In this document: positions 9,579-18,972 of the stretch, piece by piece | Layout: every line of letters begins with the position of its first letter | Numbering within the stretch: position 1 is the first letter of the stretch | Assembly: GCA_964628855.1 (NCBI GenBank) | Contig: CAZVMV010000001.1 | Coordinates: 11,813 to 75,812 of the forward strand | DNA length: 64,000 nucleotides | Direction of reading: 5' to 3' | From: an uncultured Gammaproteobacteria bacterium | Lineage (GTDB): Bacteria > Patescibacteriota > Patescibacteriia > UBA10025 > JAHIVO01 | The notes under the pieces: generated by a model | Database searches by the model: none | Seen by the model: the letters and a program-made list of their open reading frames with translations, nothing else | What the model was told of the DNA's origin: nothing | Program-made: the position numbers and the translations under genes

Positions 9579-11138
9579 CTACTCTTTTGCTTCTCCGAAA
9601 ACCTGCATCGCCTGGTCCCAAAGATTACCATTGTCTTCTGCTGGGGCTGAGGGCAGGAGTTTGTTAAATTCGTCTGTAGGCAGAACGATCGTAGCCAAGG
9701 CGAGCCTTTCCCCAAAAAGATTTGTACAGGCATCTTCTACAATAGAACGGATGGAACGTTCTTTGAGGCGTTCTGCATGTAATTTATGCTGGAACGCAAC
9801 AACTAATTGGTCACCCTCAATCTGGTACGGATGGCCCATTTTTAAGGATAATCCGGCTGAATGGTTGTGCGCCCTTACGGCAGTTATCAAATCAGACCAA
9901 GCAGACTGAATTTTTTCCAGACTCATTTTAATTGTAGATTTTTTACTAATTTCTGGTTTTGATTGCTTCGATACACTCACTGATGGCTCAACCTTGCTGG
10001 TCCCGCTCGGCGGTTTTGGTGGCGACGGGCGCCTCGGTCCTTCCTCTTGATCGGCGCATAATTCAACAACGGCCAATTCCAGTGGCAACTGAACAATGTG
10101 GGTGTATCGAGACTCCCGGGTCTTGGCGAGGATTTTCTCAATAATTTCCACCAGTCTGGCGGCTGTCACCTGCGCGGTCAGCTGCTCGACGTCGGTCATC
10201 AAGTCTTTGCCCAATTCAAGATTTTCCAGTTCAACCTTATTGGAACTTATTTTATATACCAGGACTTTACGGAAAAATTCTACTGTATCTTTTGAAAAAT
10301 CCATAATATTAATCCCTTCGTCCACTAGGCGGTTGATAACTGACAAACCAGCAGCCGCGTCCCGGATAACCAGCGCCCGATAAAAATCCATTATCAAACC
10401 GAAATTTGACCTGGGGATAATCAGGGCAGCCGTCTCCATGCTGACATGCTTTTCGCCAAGCGACAATAATTGGCCAAGCAAAACTTCCGCGTCCCGGACA
10501 GACCCCTCTGCCCGACGCGCCACTGAATGCAACACATCCTCATCGACTTCAACTTTTTCGTCCTTAGCCAGCATCCGCATGCGAGTCAGGAGGTCATCAA
10601 TGTTTACGCGTTTGAAATCAAAACGCTGGCAGCGTGAGATTATTGTTTCTGGAACCCGGTGGATTTCGGTTGTGGCCATAATGAAAATGACATGTTCCGG
10701 CGGTTCTTCGAGTGTCTTCAATAATGCATTAAAGGCGGAGATGGACAGCATGTGCACCTCATCTATTATGAAAACCTTGTAAGTGAAACGCTGGGGGGTA
10801 AACCGCGCATTCTCGATGATGTTCTCCCTTACGTTATCAACGCCGGTATGCGATGCGGCATCTATTTCTATCAGGTCGAGAGCGCGGCCGGCACTGATTT
10901 CCTTGCAGGCTTCACATTCACCGCAAGGCTCGCTTTTTTTGCGGTTAGTGCAGTTCACGGCTTTTGCCATCAGTCTGGCCATGGTCGTCTTGCCGACGCC
11001 GCGCGGGCCGGAAAAAAGGTACGCATGGGCAATGCGCTTGTGTTCAATCTCGTTTTGCAGGGTGACGACGATCGGACGCTGGCCTACTACGTCGGAAAAA
11101 AGCTGTGGCCTGTATTTCCTGTTTATCGCTTGGGACAT
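9579..11138 (-). CDS. dnaX: DNA polymerase III subunit gamma/tau
   Basis: 519 aa. Walker A GPRGVGKTT, zinc module CGECEAC, sensor ISRCQRF. Confidence 0.95.
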   Translation of the reverse strand: MSQAINRKYRPQLFSDVVGQRPIVVTLQNEIEHKRIAHAYLFSGPRGVGKTTMARLMAKAVNCTNRKKSEPCGECEACKEISAGRALDLIEIDAASHTGVDNVRENIIENARFTPQRFTYKVFIIDEVHMLSISAFNALLKTLEEPPEHVIFIMATTEIHRVPETIISRCQRFDFKRVNIDDLLTRMRMLAKDEKVEVDEDVLHSVARRAEGSVRDAEVLLGQLLSLGEKHVSMETAALIIPRSNFGLIMDFYRALVIRDAAAGLSVINRLVDEGINIMDFSKDTVEFFRKVLVYKISSNKVELENLELGKDLMTDVEQLTAQVTAARLVEIIEKILAKTRESRYTHIVQLPLELAVVELCADQEEGPRRPSPPKPPSGTSKVEPSVSVSKQSKPEISKKSTIKMSLEKIQSAWSDLITAVRAHNHSAGLSLKMGHPYQIEGDQLVVAFQHKLHAERLKERSIRSIVEDACTNLFGERLALATIVLPTDEFNKLLPSAPAEDNGNLWDQAMQVFGEAKE

Positions 11139-11209
11139 AATAAAAAATCGCCAAAATTGATGCGATTACATTGTATCCCACTTTATTTATTTAGGCAAAC
11201 GAACCTGGC

Positions 11210-11833
11210 TTAAGAGCTCAATTCCTCTATATCCTCAACCGCCGGTGCCGCCTGTTTTTCTGTTTCTGCTTGAGGCACGGTCCCGTCAGCCGGAATTTTG
11301 ATGATATTTTCAACGGCAGCCCAATCGCTTTCTTTATCTTTTGGCGTTAGGATCACCACTTCGTCTCCTGACTCACCTTTGAAATATGTGATGCTCGCCA
11401 ATAAAACTTTGAAAGACTTGTCGCCGACGATGACGCGGTATTCGTCAGTCGCTTCGTCGCGTGCCAAAAGCCCAACCAGCCTATTGCGCTCGACTGGCCC
11501 GATCTGTTTGTACATAAAAGACCCGTCAGCCATGATCGTCAGTTTCAGAGTGTCTCCCTGTACCAGTTTTGATTTTGAAGCGTAATTTGCCGGAATGCTG
11601 TATTGTTTGCCGTCCGGTCCCACCATATTCTGCCCGTCAAAAACACCTTCGATGATCTTTTCGTTTCCAGTCGCGACCACCTTGCCTACTTCCTTTGCCT
11701 TGTCAGCCACGTCGGCAGAAACTTCCTCGTCGCCCCCGACCATCGAACGTAAAAGCTGCCTCGCACTCTCAAGGGAGACGTGGGCGGTTTCGATCAACTT
11801 ATTTATCTGCTGTAATTTATTTTGTTTGGTCAT
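11210..11833 (-). CDS. hypothetical protein (207 aa, acidic tail)
   Basis: Long ORF with no competing frame. No family recognised. Confidence 0.6.
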   Translation of the reverse strand: MTKQNKLQQINKLIETAHVSLESARQLLRSMVGGDEEVSADVADKAKEVGKVVATGNEKIIEGVFDGQNMVGPDGKQYSIPANYASKSKLVQGDTLKLTIMADGSFMYKQIGPVERNRLVGLLARDEATDEYRVIVGDKSFKVLLASITYFKGESGDEVVILTPKDKESDWAAVENIIKIPADGTVPQAETEKQAAPAVEDIEELSS

Positions 11834-11965
11834 TTTGTTATTCTTTATTTTTCGGTGTGTCTTTGTGTCGGAATTGTTTTGGTTTCTTTTGGGGGTCTTT
11901 TTATTTGAATTTTCCTTTATTTTTGTCTGTTTTTTTACCTATGCAGTGTAGCGCACTCCCTACGC

Positions 11966-12502
11966 TTAGTCAACCCGGTAATAATAAATCGTCATCCTGT
12001 TCGGCTCAGGCTTGTCTACCGTTTCCGGAGTAAAGCCTGGGATGGAAAAACTGTATGAAATGATGCGTGTCCCCTTTTTCAGTTCTGCGTGGAACTTCGG
12101 GGCTAATTTTTTCATAGCCATAGGCGTCAGGAAACAAAATATGACACTGGCCTGACCGAGGTCGCGTTTGAGGAAATCGCTGAACTCGACATCCACCCGC
12201 CTGGTCAGACCACGAAAAATTATCCTCGCTTTGGTCCAGAGGTACGGCAAGACCGATATCTCAAAACCGACCAGCCTCTTGGCCGGTGTGTTGTTGGCTA
12301 ATGCGACCAGAACCCGCCCGTCACCGCATCCTAGGTCATAGACCACGTCATTTTCCTTCACGTCGGCAAGCTTGATGATCCTGTGCATATCACGGTTAAA
12401 GGCTGGCACCCATGGCGCCGCTTTCAGCCCGGCATACGCGGCAGTCCCGAAAAAAACGACAATGCCTAGTAAAAGTAGATATGGCAAAACTGATTCAACC
12501 AT
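11966..12502 (-). CDS. class I SAM-dependent methyltransferase with N-terminal membrane anchor
   Basis: N-terminal hydrophobic helix, then the SAM motif I VYDLGCGDGRVLVAL. Confidence 0.7.
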   Translation of the reverse strand: MVESVLPYLLLLGIVVFFGTAAYAGLKAAPWVPAFNRDMHRIIKLADVKENDVVYDLGCGDGRVLVALANNTPAKRLVGFEISVLPYLWTKARIIFRGLTRRVDVEFSDFLKRDLGQASVIFCFLTPMAMKKLAPKFHAELKKGTRIISYSFSIPGFTPETVDKPEPNRMTIYYYRVD

Positions 12503-12540
12503 GTACTAATGGTATACTTTTATTTTTTCGCTGTCCATCA

Positions 12541-15102
12541 TCACATATTCCTAGTACCCGTGTCCGGGGCTACGCTCGGAGCAGGGGCTGGTGAGCCCAA
12601 CTTGGACCGTTCCATAATTTCCGCTTCGACAGTTTTTCTGTCACGGCCGTATTTCGTCCTGGACAATTCAGCTATTTGCCCGGCCAAAGAAGGATTCCCG
12701 CGAGTCGGAGGGTAAGTCATCATGTTGAACGGCTTGGATGAAGTGTTATCGATCAGCAATTTTACGTTTGCGGTGAACATCTCGACATTGATGACGTCGT
12801 ACTCATTAAAAACCGGCTCAAACTCCTTGGCCAGCGTTTCGGCATCCTCCACGCCGGCTCGGAACGCAATCAAGGTGCCGGCATTGCCGAACACAGCGTC
12901 GCGGATCTTCGTATCGTTATTTTCACGGACAAGCTGACTGATGTACTGATGGGCCATGGTCAGGTCCAGGCGGTATTTCCGCGCTTCGGACAATATCGTG
13001 GCAATGGAGTCCGTGACGAAATTCTGGAATTCGTCGATATAAAGGTAAAAATCATTGCGCTGGTCCTCTGGCATGGAAACCCGCTTCATCGCGGCCATCT
13101 GCAATTTTGAAACAATGATCAATCCCAATAAATTCGAGTTTACTTCGCCAGTGGTGCCTTTAGACAGGTTGACCAGGAGAATTTTCTTGTTGTTCATGAT
13201 GTCGTCAAAACTGAACCCAGACCTCGGTTGGCCGATAATATTTCGCATCATGACATTTTCCACGAAACGCCCAACCTTAGAAATTAGATAGCCGAGCATT
13301 TCGGATTTATGGAAATCGGATGTCTTTGCCATCTCCTTTTCCCAAAAAGCGCGGACCACCGGATCTTTCACTTTGGTCAGCTTGAATTTTTGGAAAGCTG
13401 GATCTGTGAACATGCGCGGTATTTCCACGATCGTCCCTGGATCTTTTTCATCCTCCATCAGTGTCAGCATCACGTTGCGCATGTTATGTTCGAACATCGG
13501 GCCGATCATTTCCGGCGGAAACAGCTTATAGAAAATGGCGATCATTTCCTGGACGGCAAAATCCTTTTCTTCCGGCGTCCTGGCTTCCAGCATGTTCAGT
13601 CCGACTGGCCGTTCCATGTCACCCGGATTGAAGACAATGACGTCGTCCGCTCGTTCTTTCGGGATGTGCGGCAACACAGCGTTTATCAAATCACCGTGCG
13701 GATCCACCACGCCGACCCCCTCGCCATTTACGATATCCTGGATGATCATGTTAGAAAGCAAAACCGATTTGCCGGTCCCTGACTTACCGATGACATACAC
13801 ATGCCGCCGACGATCACCCTTTTTTATATAAACCGGGACCTCTACACCCCGATAAATGTTTTTCCCGAGAAGCAAGCCCTCCTTCGGCACGTTTACCGGA
13901 GCTGCCGCCTTGCGTGCCTGGAGCCAGCGGATATTCGGAGTCTCTGTTTCAGGCAATGGAAAATGGAACAGGCTGGCCATTTCCTCGGTATTAAGAACGC
14001 ATCGGTATCGGTTGTTATAATGCCGGTAGATGAAATCATATATCAGCTTACTCTGGCGCATCGGACTTTTCCGTCGGAAACCATTGCCGTATTCGTATAA
14101 GGTATACTGACTGAAAGAATCAGTGACATTGGTCATATAGGCCTGGGCCCGTTCTGCAGAACGGGCTGAAACTACCACCCTGATATTCACGTCCATGCCG
14201 GCCTTGGATGTCTTTTCCTCGATGCTTTTGGCGATTTCCTGGTCTCGGGGGGACATCGGCCTCATCATTTGTTGGTTTTGCATCGGTTTTTTCTTCGGGA
14301 AGAACGTACGGACAATCTCGATCAAAAGCCCATAGACCCCATGCCGGCCGACCGACTCCCTCAGCGTCTTTCCCTGATGCATGTCGCGGGCGACACGCAC
14401 TCCCCAATGGTGCCAGTTGGCTTTTGCGGACCTGACAATATATTGGATGGCAATCCCCTCGTCCGGTTCCACTTTTGACAGGACGTTGGTCAGTGAATTG
14501 AGGGGGTCAATGTCCAATTGGCGGAAAGTCCTTATCGGGAAAAGGTAAGGTTTCCGGAAAACTAAAGAGGTTGCCAAAATCGCGCTCTGCGGTCGGAACA
14601 GGTTGTAATCCTCCGCCTCCTCAATCTGTGCCTGCGGGTACTGGGCGTGGATGTGCTGTTCCATGTAATTCTGGAAATACCTTGGCACGACCACATAAAA
14701 GGAAATGAGCCCGCGGTCAGCGACTATCTCCAGCCCGAAATGGTCCGATCGGCCGCCGACTACCGTACCTAGTCCGCGCTGGGCCCGCATGCCGCCAAGG
14801 ACAGAAAACCAGGCTTCAGCCGAAGCCAAAAGCTCGGCAATCGGGCGAACGCCTTCTTTTTCATTTTCTTTGATTGATGATTCTTTCGGAACAGTCACCA
14901 GCAAAATAACCTTTTGCAATGCTGTCGGCTCCTGCTTGCCTTTTCGCATTCTCATGAAAAGGAGTGTTAGCGCACTGAAAACCAGAATACTGGCCGAAAC
15001 AATCACTAAAACTACCGGGAAGCTAGGCTTCCCGATGGCTGATGCCCAAATCCCACCGGAACCGCCGGATGTCGCTACGGTTGTCGCAAGTGCAATAAGC
15101 AT
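12541..15102 (-). CDS. VirD4/TraD-like type IV secretion coupling-protein family ATPase (FtsK/HerA superfamily), membrane anchored
   Basis: 853 aa. N-terminal TM segments, Walker A GKSGTGKS, Walker B FYLYIDEFQNF, ...AHQYISQL. Confidence 0.7.
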   Translation of the reverse strand: MLIALATTVATSGGSGGIWASAIGKPSFPVVLVIVSASILVFSALTLLFMRMRKGKQEPTALQKVILLVTVPKESSIKENEKEGVRPIAELLASAEAWFSVLGGMRAQRGLGTVVGGRSDHFGLEIVADRGLISFYVVVPRYFQNYMEQHIHAQYPQAQIEEAEDYNLFRPQSAILATSLVFRKPYLFPIRTFRQLDIDPLNSLTNVLSKVEPDEGIAIQYIVRSAKANWHHWGVRVARDMHQGKTLRESVGRHGVYGLLIEIVRTFFPKKKPMQNQQMMRPMSPRDQEIAKSIEEKTSKAGMDVNIRVVVSARSAERAQAYMTNVTDSFSQYTLYEYGNGFRRKSPMRQSKLIYDFIYRHYNNRYRCVLNTEEMASLFHFPLPETETPNIRWLQARKAAAPVNVPKEGLLLGKNIYRGVEVPVYIKKGDRRRHVYVIGKSGTGKSVLLSNMIIQDIVNGEGVGVVDPHGDLINAVLPHIPKERADDVIVFNPGDMERPVGLNMLEARTPEEKDFAVQEMIAIFYKLFPPEMIGPMFEHNMRNVMLTLMEDEKDPGTIVEIPRMFTDPAFQKFKLTKVKDPVVRAFWEKEMAKTSDFHKSEMLGYLISKVGRFVENVMMRNIIGQPRSGFSFDDIMNNKKILLVNLSKGTTGEVNSNLLGLIIVSKLQMAAMKRVSMPEDQRNDFYLYIDEFQNFVTDSIATILSEARKYRLDLTMAHQYISQLVRENNDTKIRDAVFGNAGTLIAFRAGVEDAETLAKEFEPVFNEYDVINVEMFTANVKLLIDNTSSKPFNMMTYPPTRGNPSLAGQIAELSRTKYGRDRKTVEAEIMERSKLGSPAPAPSVAPDTGTRNM

Positions 15103-15112
15103 GAAACTTAAG

Positions 15113-15655
15113 TTACATGTTTTTGTGTTTTTGCTCGTGCAGGGCGATGATCCGGTCAGCCTTAATCTTGGCTTCCTGTTCGAGGAAAAATTTATTGACT
15201 CCAGGGATCATTTTCAGCCAGTCACGAATCAAGTCAAGGATGGATTTCACCCTGACTTTTGTTTCCTGGAGCAGCTTGGCGATGGCAGTAGCCGTCTCCT
15301 CGCCTTTTTTTTGGAATGCCGCCTGTTCGGCCGGATTCATCTGTATGAATATTTCCTCCAAATGGTCAGATAATATCGCCTCAACGCGTTTTTCTTCTTC
15401 ACTTTTCGCTTCAACTACCGTCTCCTCAACGATTGCCGCGGGAGGCGGAGCATACTGGCGGCGCGACTGCTCGTCTTCTGGCGCCATTTCCGGCGCCTGT
15501 TCAACCCGTTTTTCCGGCGCTTGCTCCCGGGTTACTTCAACGCGAACTTCGCGCTGTTCCGGCAGCGGCCTGGTTTCCGGCGTGGTTTCGGCGAAAATAT
15601 CCTCAACTTGCTTTGGTTCAATTTCCGGACTTGTAGGATTGACCTGGTTGGCCAT
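15113..15655 (-). CDS. hypothetical protein, Glu/Pro-rich N-terminus, helical C-terminus
   Basis: 180-aa ORF 10 nt upstream of the ATPase gene on the same strand. Low-complexity QAPE repeats. Confidence 0.55.
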   Translation of the reverse strand: MANQVNPTSPEIEPKQVEDIFAETTPETRPLPEQREVRVEVTREQAPEKRVEQAPEMAPEDEQSRRQYAPPPAAIVEETVVEAKSEEEKRVEAILSDHLEEIFIQMNPAEQAAFQKKGEETATAIAKLLQETKVRVKSILDLIRDWLKMIPGVNKFFLEQEAKIKADRIIALHEQKHKNM

Positions 15656-15737
15656 AACGCGGATACATATTTAATATTGACCAAATTATATCATTTTTTT
15701 GGCAAAAACGCAAGTATAACCTGGTGCATAACTACCC

Positions 15738-15766
15738 TTGACATAATGTTCACGCGGTGATATGAT
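15738..15766 (+). promoter_or_regulatory. sigma70-type promoter
   Basis: TTGACA, 17 nt spacer, TATGAT. It lies 58 nt upstream of the ATG at 15824. Confidence 0.55.
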
Positions 15767-15823
15767 GTCCTGTTACTTAATTGAGGAAGTTGTAGTTAAA
15801 CATATAAATGGAGGAATCCAGTC

Positions 15824-16330
15824 ATGAGACGCATTGTGATGCTCTTTGTAATTGCGGTGCTCTGCACTGCCCAGGTCGCTTCTGCCGGTCATAAGCGGAA
15901 TCATGGTGATAAAAAGAATAAGGGTCCCCAGGTCACAGAGATCCAACCGGGCTCTTATCTCGATTATCACTTACAGTTCAGCTTCAACATCGACGGCGTA
16001 GCTTACCAGGATGGTGACTGTTTCGACATGTGGGAGCCGTCGAAAAAAATCAAGATTGACGCTAGCGTTCAAGGCAACGAAAGGGTCTATCTGATTGAAT
16101 GGTATCGGTTGGAAGACGACGGCAAGTGGCACGTCTTCTGCAAATCGGACTCCCGCGCGTTCGAAAACAAGTGCAACGGCAAGTGCAACGAGCTGAAAAG
16201 CAGTTGTTTCAGGGTCAGGGTGGTCTGGGTTACGAACAGTAATGATGCAGTTCGCGGAAAGGTAGTCCCAGACCGCGAAAAGATTCAGTACTTCTCCAAG
16301 ACCCAGTCGATCTGCCTCTCCTACCGTTGA
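15824..16330 (+). CDS. secreted Cys-containing hypothetical protein
   Basis: Signal-peptide-like N-terminus MRRIVMLFVIAVLCTAQVASA. AGGAAT/GGAGG-like RBS (aaatggaggaatccagtcATG). 168 aa. Confidence 0.65.
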   Translation: MRRIVMLFVIAVLCTAQVASAGHKRNHGDKKNKGPQVTEIQPGSYLDYHLQFSFNIDGVAYQDGDCFDMWEPSKKIKIDASVQGNERVYLIEWYRLEDDGKWHVFCKSDSRAFENKCNGKCNELKSSCFRVRVVWVTNSNDAVRGKVVPDREKIQYFSKTQSICLSYR

Positions 16331-16521
16331 TCGGACAGCGCCGCAGATTATCGCCAGGATGAAAAATCATCCGAAGCGATATCAGTAAGATAAAAAGGCG
16401 CTTTGAGCTAATTACTCGGGCGTCTTTTTTCTTTACTCAAGCATCTTGCCAAAAATGTAAATATGTGCTACAATATAAGGGTAAAAGAAAAAATTGAAAA
16501 TCAAAAAGCAAAATTAAATAT

Positions 16522-17466
16522 ATGGCCATCCAAGAGCTAAAGGCAAAACAAATGCGATGGGTCAGCCTCACCAACGTGAGGCAGATTTCTGATCCGGAAA
16601 TTTCCTTCATCAAGAAAAATTTCAAATGCCATCCCATCAACCTCAAGGATTGCATCATCAACGGCCAGAGGCCGAAAATCGACATTTATGACGACTATCT
16701 GTTTTTGGTCATGCTGTTCCCTCTTTATAACCGGCCGACCGGTGAAATCATTTCAGCTGAAATAGATTTCTTTGTCGGCAAGGACTACCTGGTCATGGTA
16801 CATGACGGCAAACTCGAGCCGGTAGTCAGGCTATTCAACCATCTGAAAAAAAACGGGCGTGAAAAGGAGCGCGACGAATTCCTGAACCGAAATATTATAT
16901 TGATCCTGCACGACCTCCTGAACATGCTGCTCATGCACACGTTCCCCATGCTGGACCACATCAGTCTGGACATCCACCAGACGGAGAAGAGAATTTTCCG
17001 CGGCAAGGAAAAGGAGATGGTCGGCGCCATTTTGGCTACCCGGCGTAATATCGTCAATTTCAGGAAATTCATGCAAGCGCATAAAAACATCCTGAAGAAA
17101 CTGGAACATGCCAACCGCGACCTGAACCTGTACGAACCGAACAAGGCGGACGTATATTTCAACAGCCTGATCGACCGCAGCAAAGAAATCTGGGATTCGC
17201 TGGACAGTTTCAAAGAATCCATCGACGCCCTATATGACACCAACGAGTCGCTGATCTCGTTCAACCTGAACCAGATCATGAAGATGTTCACCAGCATTTC
17301 GGTGGTAATCTTTATCCTGACTTTAGTCGCGACGCTTTTCTCCACAAACCTGAAACATACGCCATTAATGCAGACAAACGGCGGATTCTGGTGGCTGATT
17401 ATTATCGAAATTGTCGTGGCCTCCATCGCCATATTCATCTTCAAGAAACGTCGCTGGATGGAATAA
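16522..17466 (+). CDS. CorA-like divalent cation transporter family protein with non-canonical pore motif
   Basis: 314 aa with CorA-like length and architecture, including two C-terminal TM helices. The position of YGMNF reads LFSTNL. Preceded by TTGCCA, 17 nt spacer, TACAAT. Confidence 0.6.
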   Translation: MAIQELKAKQMRWVSLTNVRQISDPEISFIKKNFKCHPINLKDCIINGQRPKIDIYDDYLFLVMLFPLYNRPTGEIISAEIDFFVGKDYLVMVHDGKLEPVVRLFNHLKKNGREKERDEFLNRNIILILHDLLNMLLMHTFPMLDHISLDIHQTEKRIFRGKEKEMVGAILATRRNIVNFRKFMQAHKNILKKLEHANRDLNLYEPNKADVYFNSLIDRSKEIWDSLDSFKESIDALYDTNESLISFNLNQIMKMFTSISVVIFILTLVATLFSTNLKHTPLMQTNGGFWWLIIIEIVVASIAIFIFKKRRWME

Positions 17467-17476
17467 GAAAAACATC

Positions 17477-17920
17477 ATGATTTACGTCGATACCCAAGTC
17501 CAAACCGGCCAACAGGTAAAAGTCGCAACAAAAATTACCCTGGTCATCGGCATGATTACTGCCGGTTTCGTCGGATTGTCTCTATTTGCAAATGCCTTCC
17601 TGGCCGGACCAATTGCAAAGGATATTAAGCCAGCAGACACCGATCCCCCGTTCATCCATCTGCAAACGCCCATAGGCACAAATGTATCGGGAATGAAATG
17701 GCTTTCCATGAATATCATCGACCATTCCGATATCACCCTGGCCACATTCTCAATCGACGGAAAAACAAGGTACACTGAATACAGTCCAGATAAACAATGG
17801 TTCCTCTTACTGGACACTACCAGGATGTCTGGTGGCCGGCACACTGTTTCTTTCTCGGCCACTGATACTGAGGGCAACACTTCTGCTACCGAAATTATTT
17901 CATTTAACGTCGCCAATTAA
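17477..17920 (+). CDS. membrane-anchored protein with Ig-like (Big) domain
   Basis: Internal ATG of ORF 17411..17920. One TM helix, then a beta-rich domain ...[27 protein letters not shown]. Confidence 0.55.
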   Translation: MIYVDTQVQTGQQVKVATKITLVIGMITAGFVGLSLFANAFLAGPIAKDIKPADTDPPFIHLQTPIGTNVSGMKWLSMNIIDHSDITLATFSIDGKTRYTEYSPDKQWFLLLDTTRMSGGRHTVSFSATDTEGNTSATEIISFNVAN

Positions 17921-17922
17921 CC

Positions 17923-18894
17923 ATGGAATTTTCCACTACCTCTTCTTCCCTACTGGTGCTAATCCTAGTCGTTGTCGGCTTTGTAATTTTCTGGCTTTAC
18001 AGAGAGAACATCAAGGCGCGGACAAATTTCCGTGTCCTGGATTTGTATTCAAAAGACCTGACCGCCCTGTGCGTGCAGGGCAAACTTGATCCGGTCATCG
18101 GCCGTGAACAGGAAATTGACCGCGTCATCCAGATACTTTCGCGCCGGACAAAGAATAATCCAGTCCTGATCGGACAATCAGGCGTCGGCAAAACCGCCAT
18201 TGTCGAAGGCCTGGCGGACGAAATCGCAAAAAAGAAAGTGACTCCGTCATTGATCGGCAAACGAGTCCTGGCCCTGGACCTGTCCGGCCTGGTTGCCGGC
18301 ACGAAGTACCGCGGTGAATTTGAAAAAAGGCTTAAATCTTTGGTAGACGAGATAATCGCCGCTGAACGTAAAATAATCCTTTTTATCGACGAGATGCACA
18401 CGCTGGCAGAGGCCGGCGAGGCGACGGGCGCCATAGACGCTGCGGACATATTGAAACCGGCGCTGGCACGCGGCGAACTACAGGTTGTCGGAGCTACCAC
18501 GATGGATGACTACAAAAAATACGTCGAACGGGACCCGACACTGGAAAGGCGTTTTCAGCCAGTCATGATTGACGAGCCGACCATGGAAAACACCCTATTA
18601 ATCCTCAAAGGAATCCGCCCGAAATACGAAGCACATCACCAGGTCAAAATTACCGACGAAGCCCTGGAGGCCTGTGTCAGCCTGTCAGGCCAGTTTATCC
18701 ATGACCGGGTATTTCCCGACAAGGCGATCGACCTGATGGATGAGGCCGCGGCTAAAGTAAAACTGGCCAGCATTAACCAGAAGCCGACCATCCGCCAGCA
18801 ACTTGTTGTCGAACCGCAGGATATCCAGTCGGTCATGTCCGAATGGAAAGAAATCGGGCTGGATATAAAAAAATCAGAAAACATTAACGGGTAG
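17923..18894 (+). CDS. membrane-anchored stand-alone Clp/Hsp100 NBD1 (AAA+) protein
   Basis: N-terminal TM helix, then [44 protein letters not shown], Walker B ILFIDEMH, and sensor/arginine finger GATT..ERRFQ. It ends after the NBD1 small subdomain at 323 aa. Confidence 0.75.
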   Translation: MEFSTTSSSLLVLILVVVGFVIFWLYRENIKARTNFRVLDLYSKDLTALCVQGKLDPVIGREQEIDRVIQILSRRTKNNPVLIGQSGVGKTAIVEGLADEIAKKKVTPSLIGKRVLALDLSGLVAGTKYRGEFEKRLKSLVDEIIAAERKIILFIDEMHTLAEAGEATGAIDAADILKPALARGELQVVGATTMDDYKKYVERDPTLERRFQPVMIDEPTMENTLLILKGIRPKYEAHHQVKITDEALEACVSLSGQFIHDRVFPDKAIDLMDEAAAKVKLASINQKPTIRQQLVVEPQDIQSVMSEWKEIGLDIKKSENING

Positions 18895-18972
18895 TTTGTC
18901 AGGCCAGTCACGCCCACGCCGGGCTTTTTTTATTTGAAAAAACCCGCGGGAAACGGTACACTGTAATCACCT

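Noticed and set aside
15113-15655. Short repeated QAPE/EQAPE units, checked as a possible tandem repeat or CRISPR-like array.
   Set aside because: The repeats are in-frame low-complexity coding sequence. There are no regularly spaced direct repeats with unique spacers anywhere in the window.
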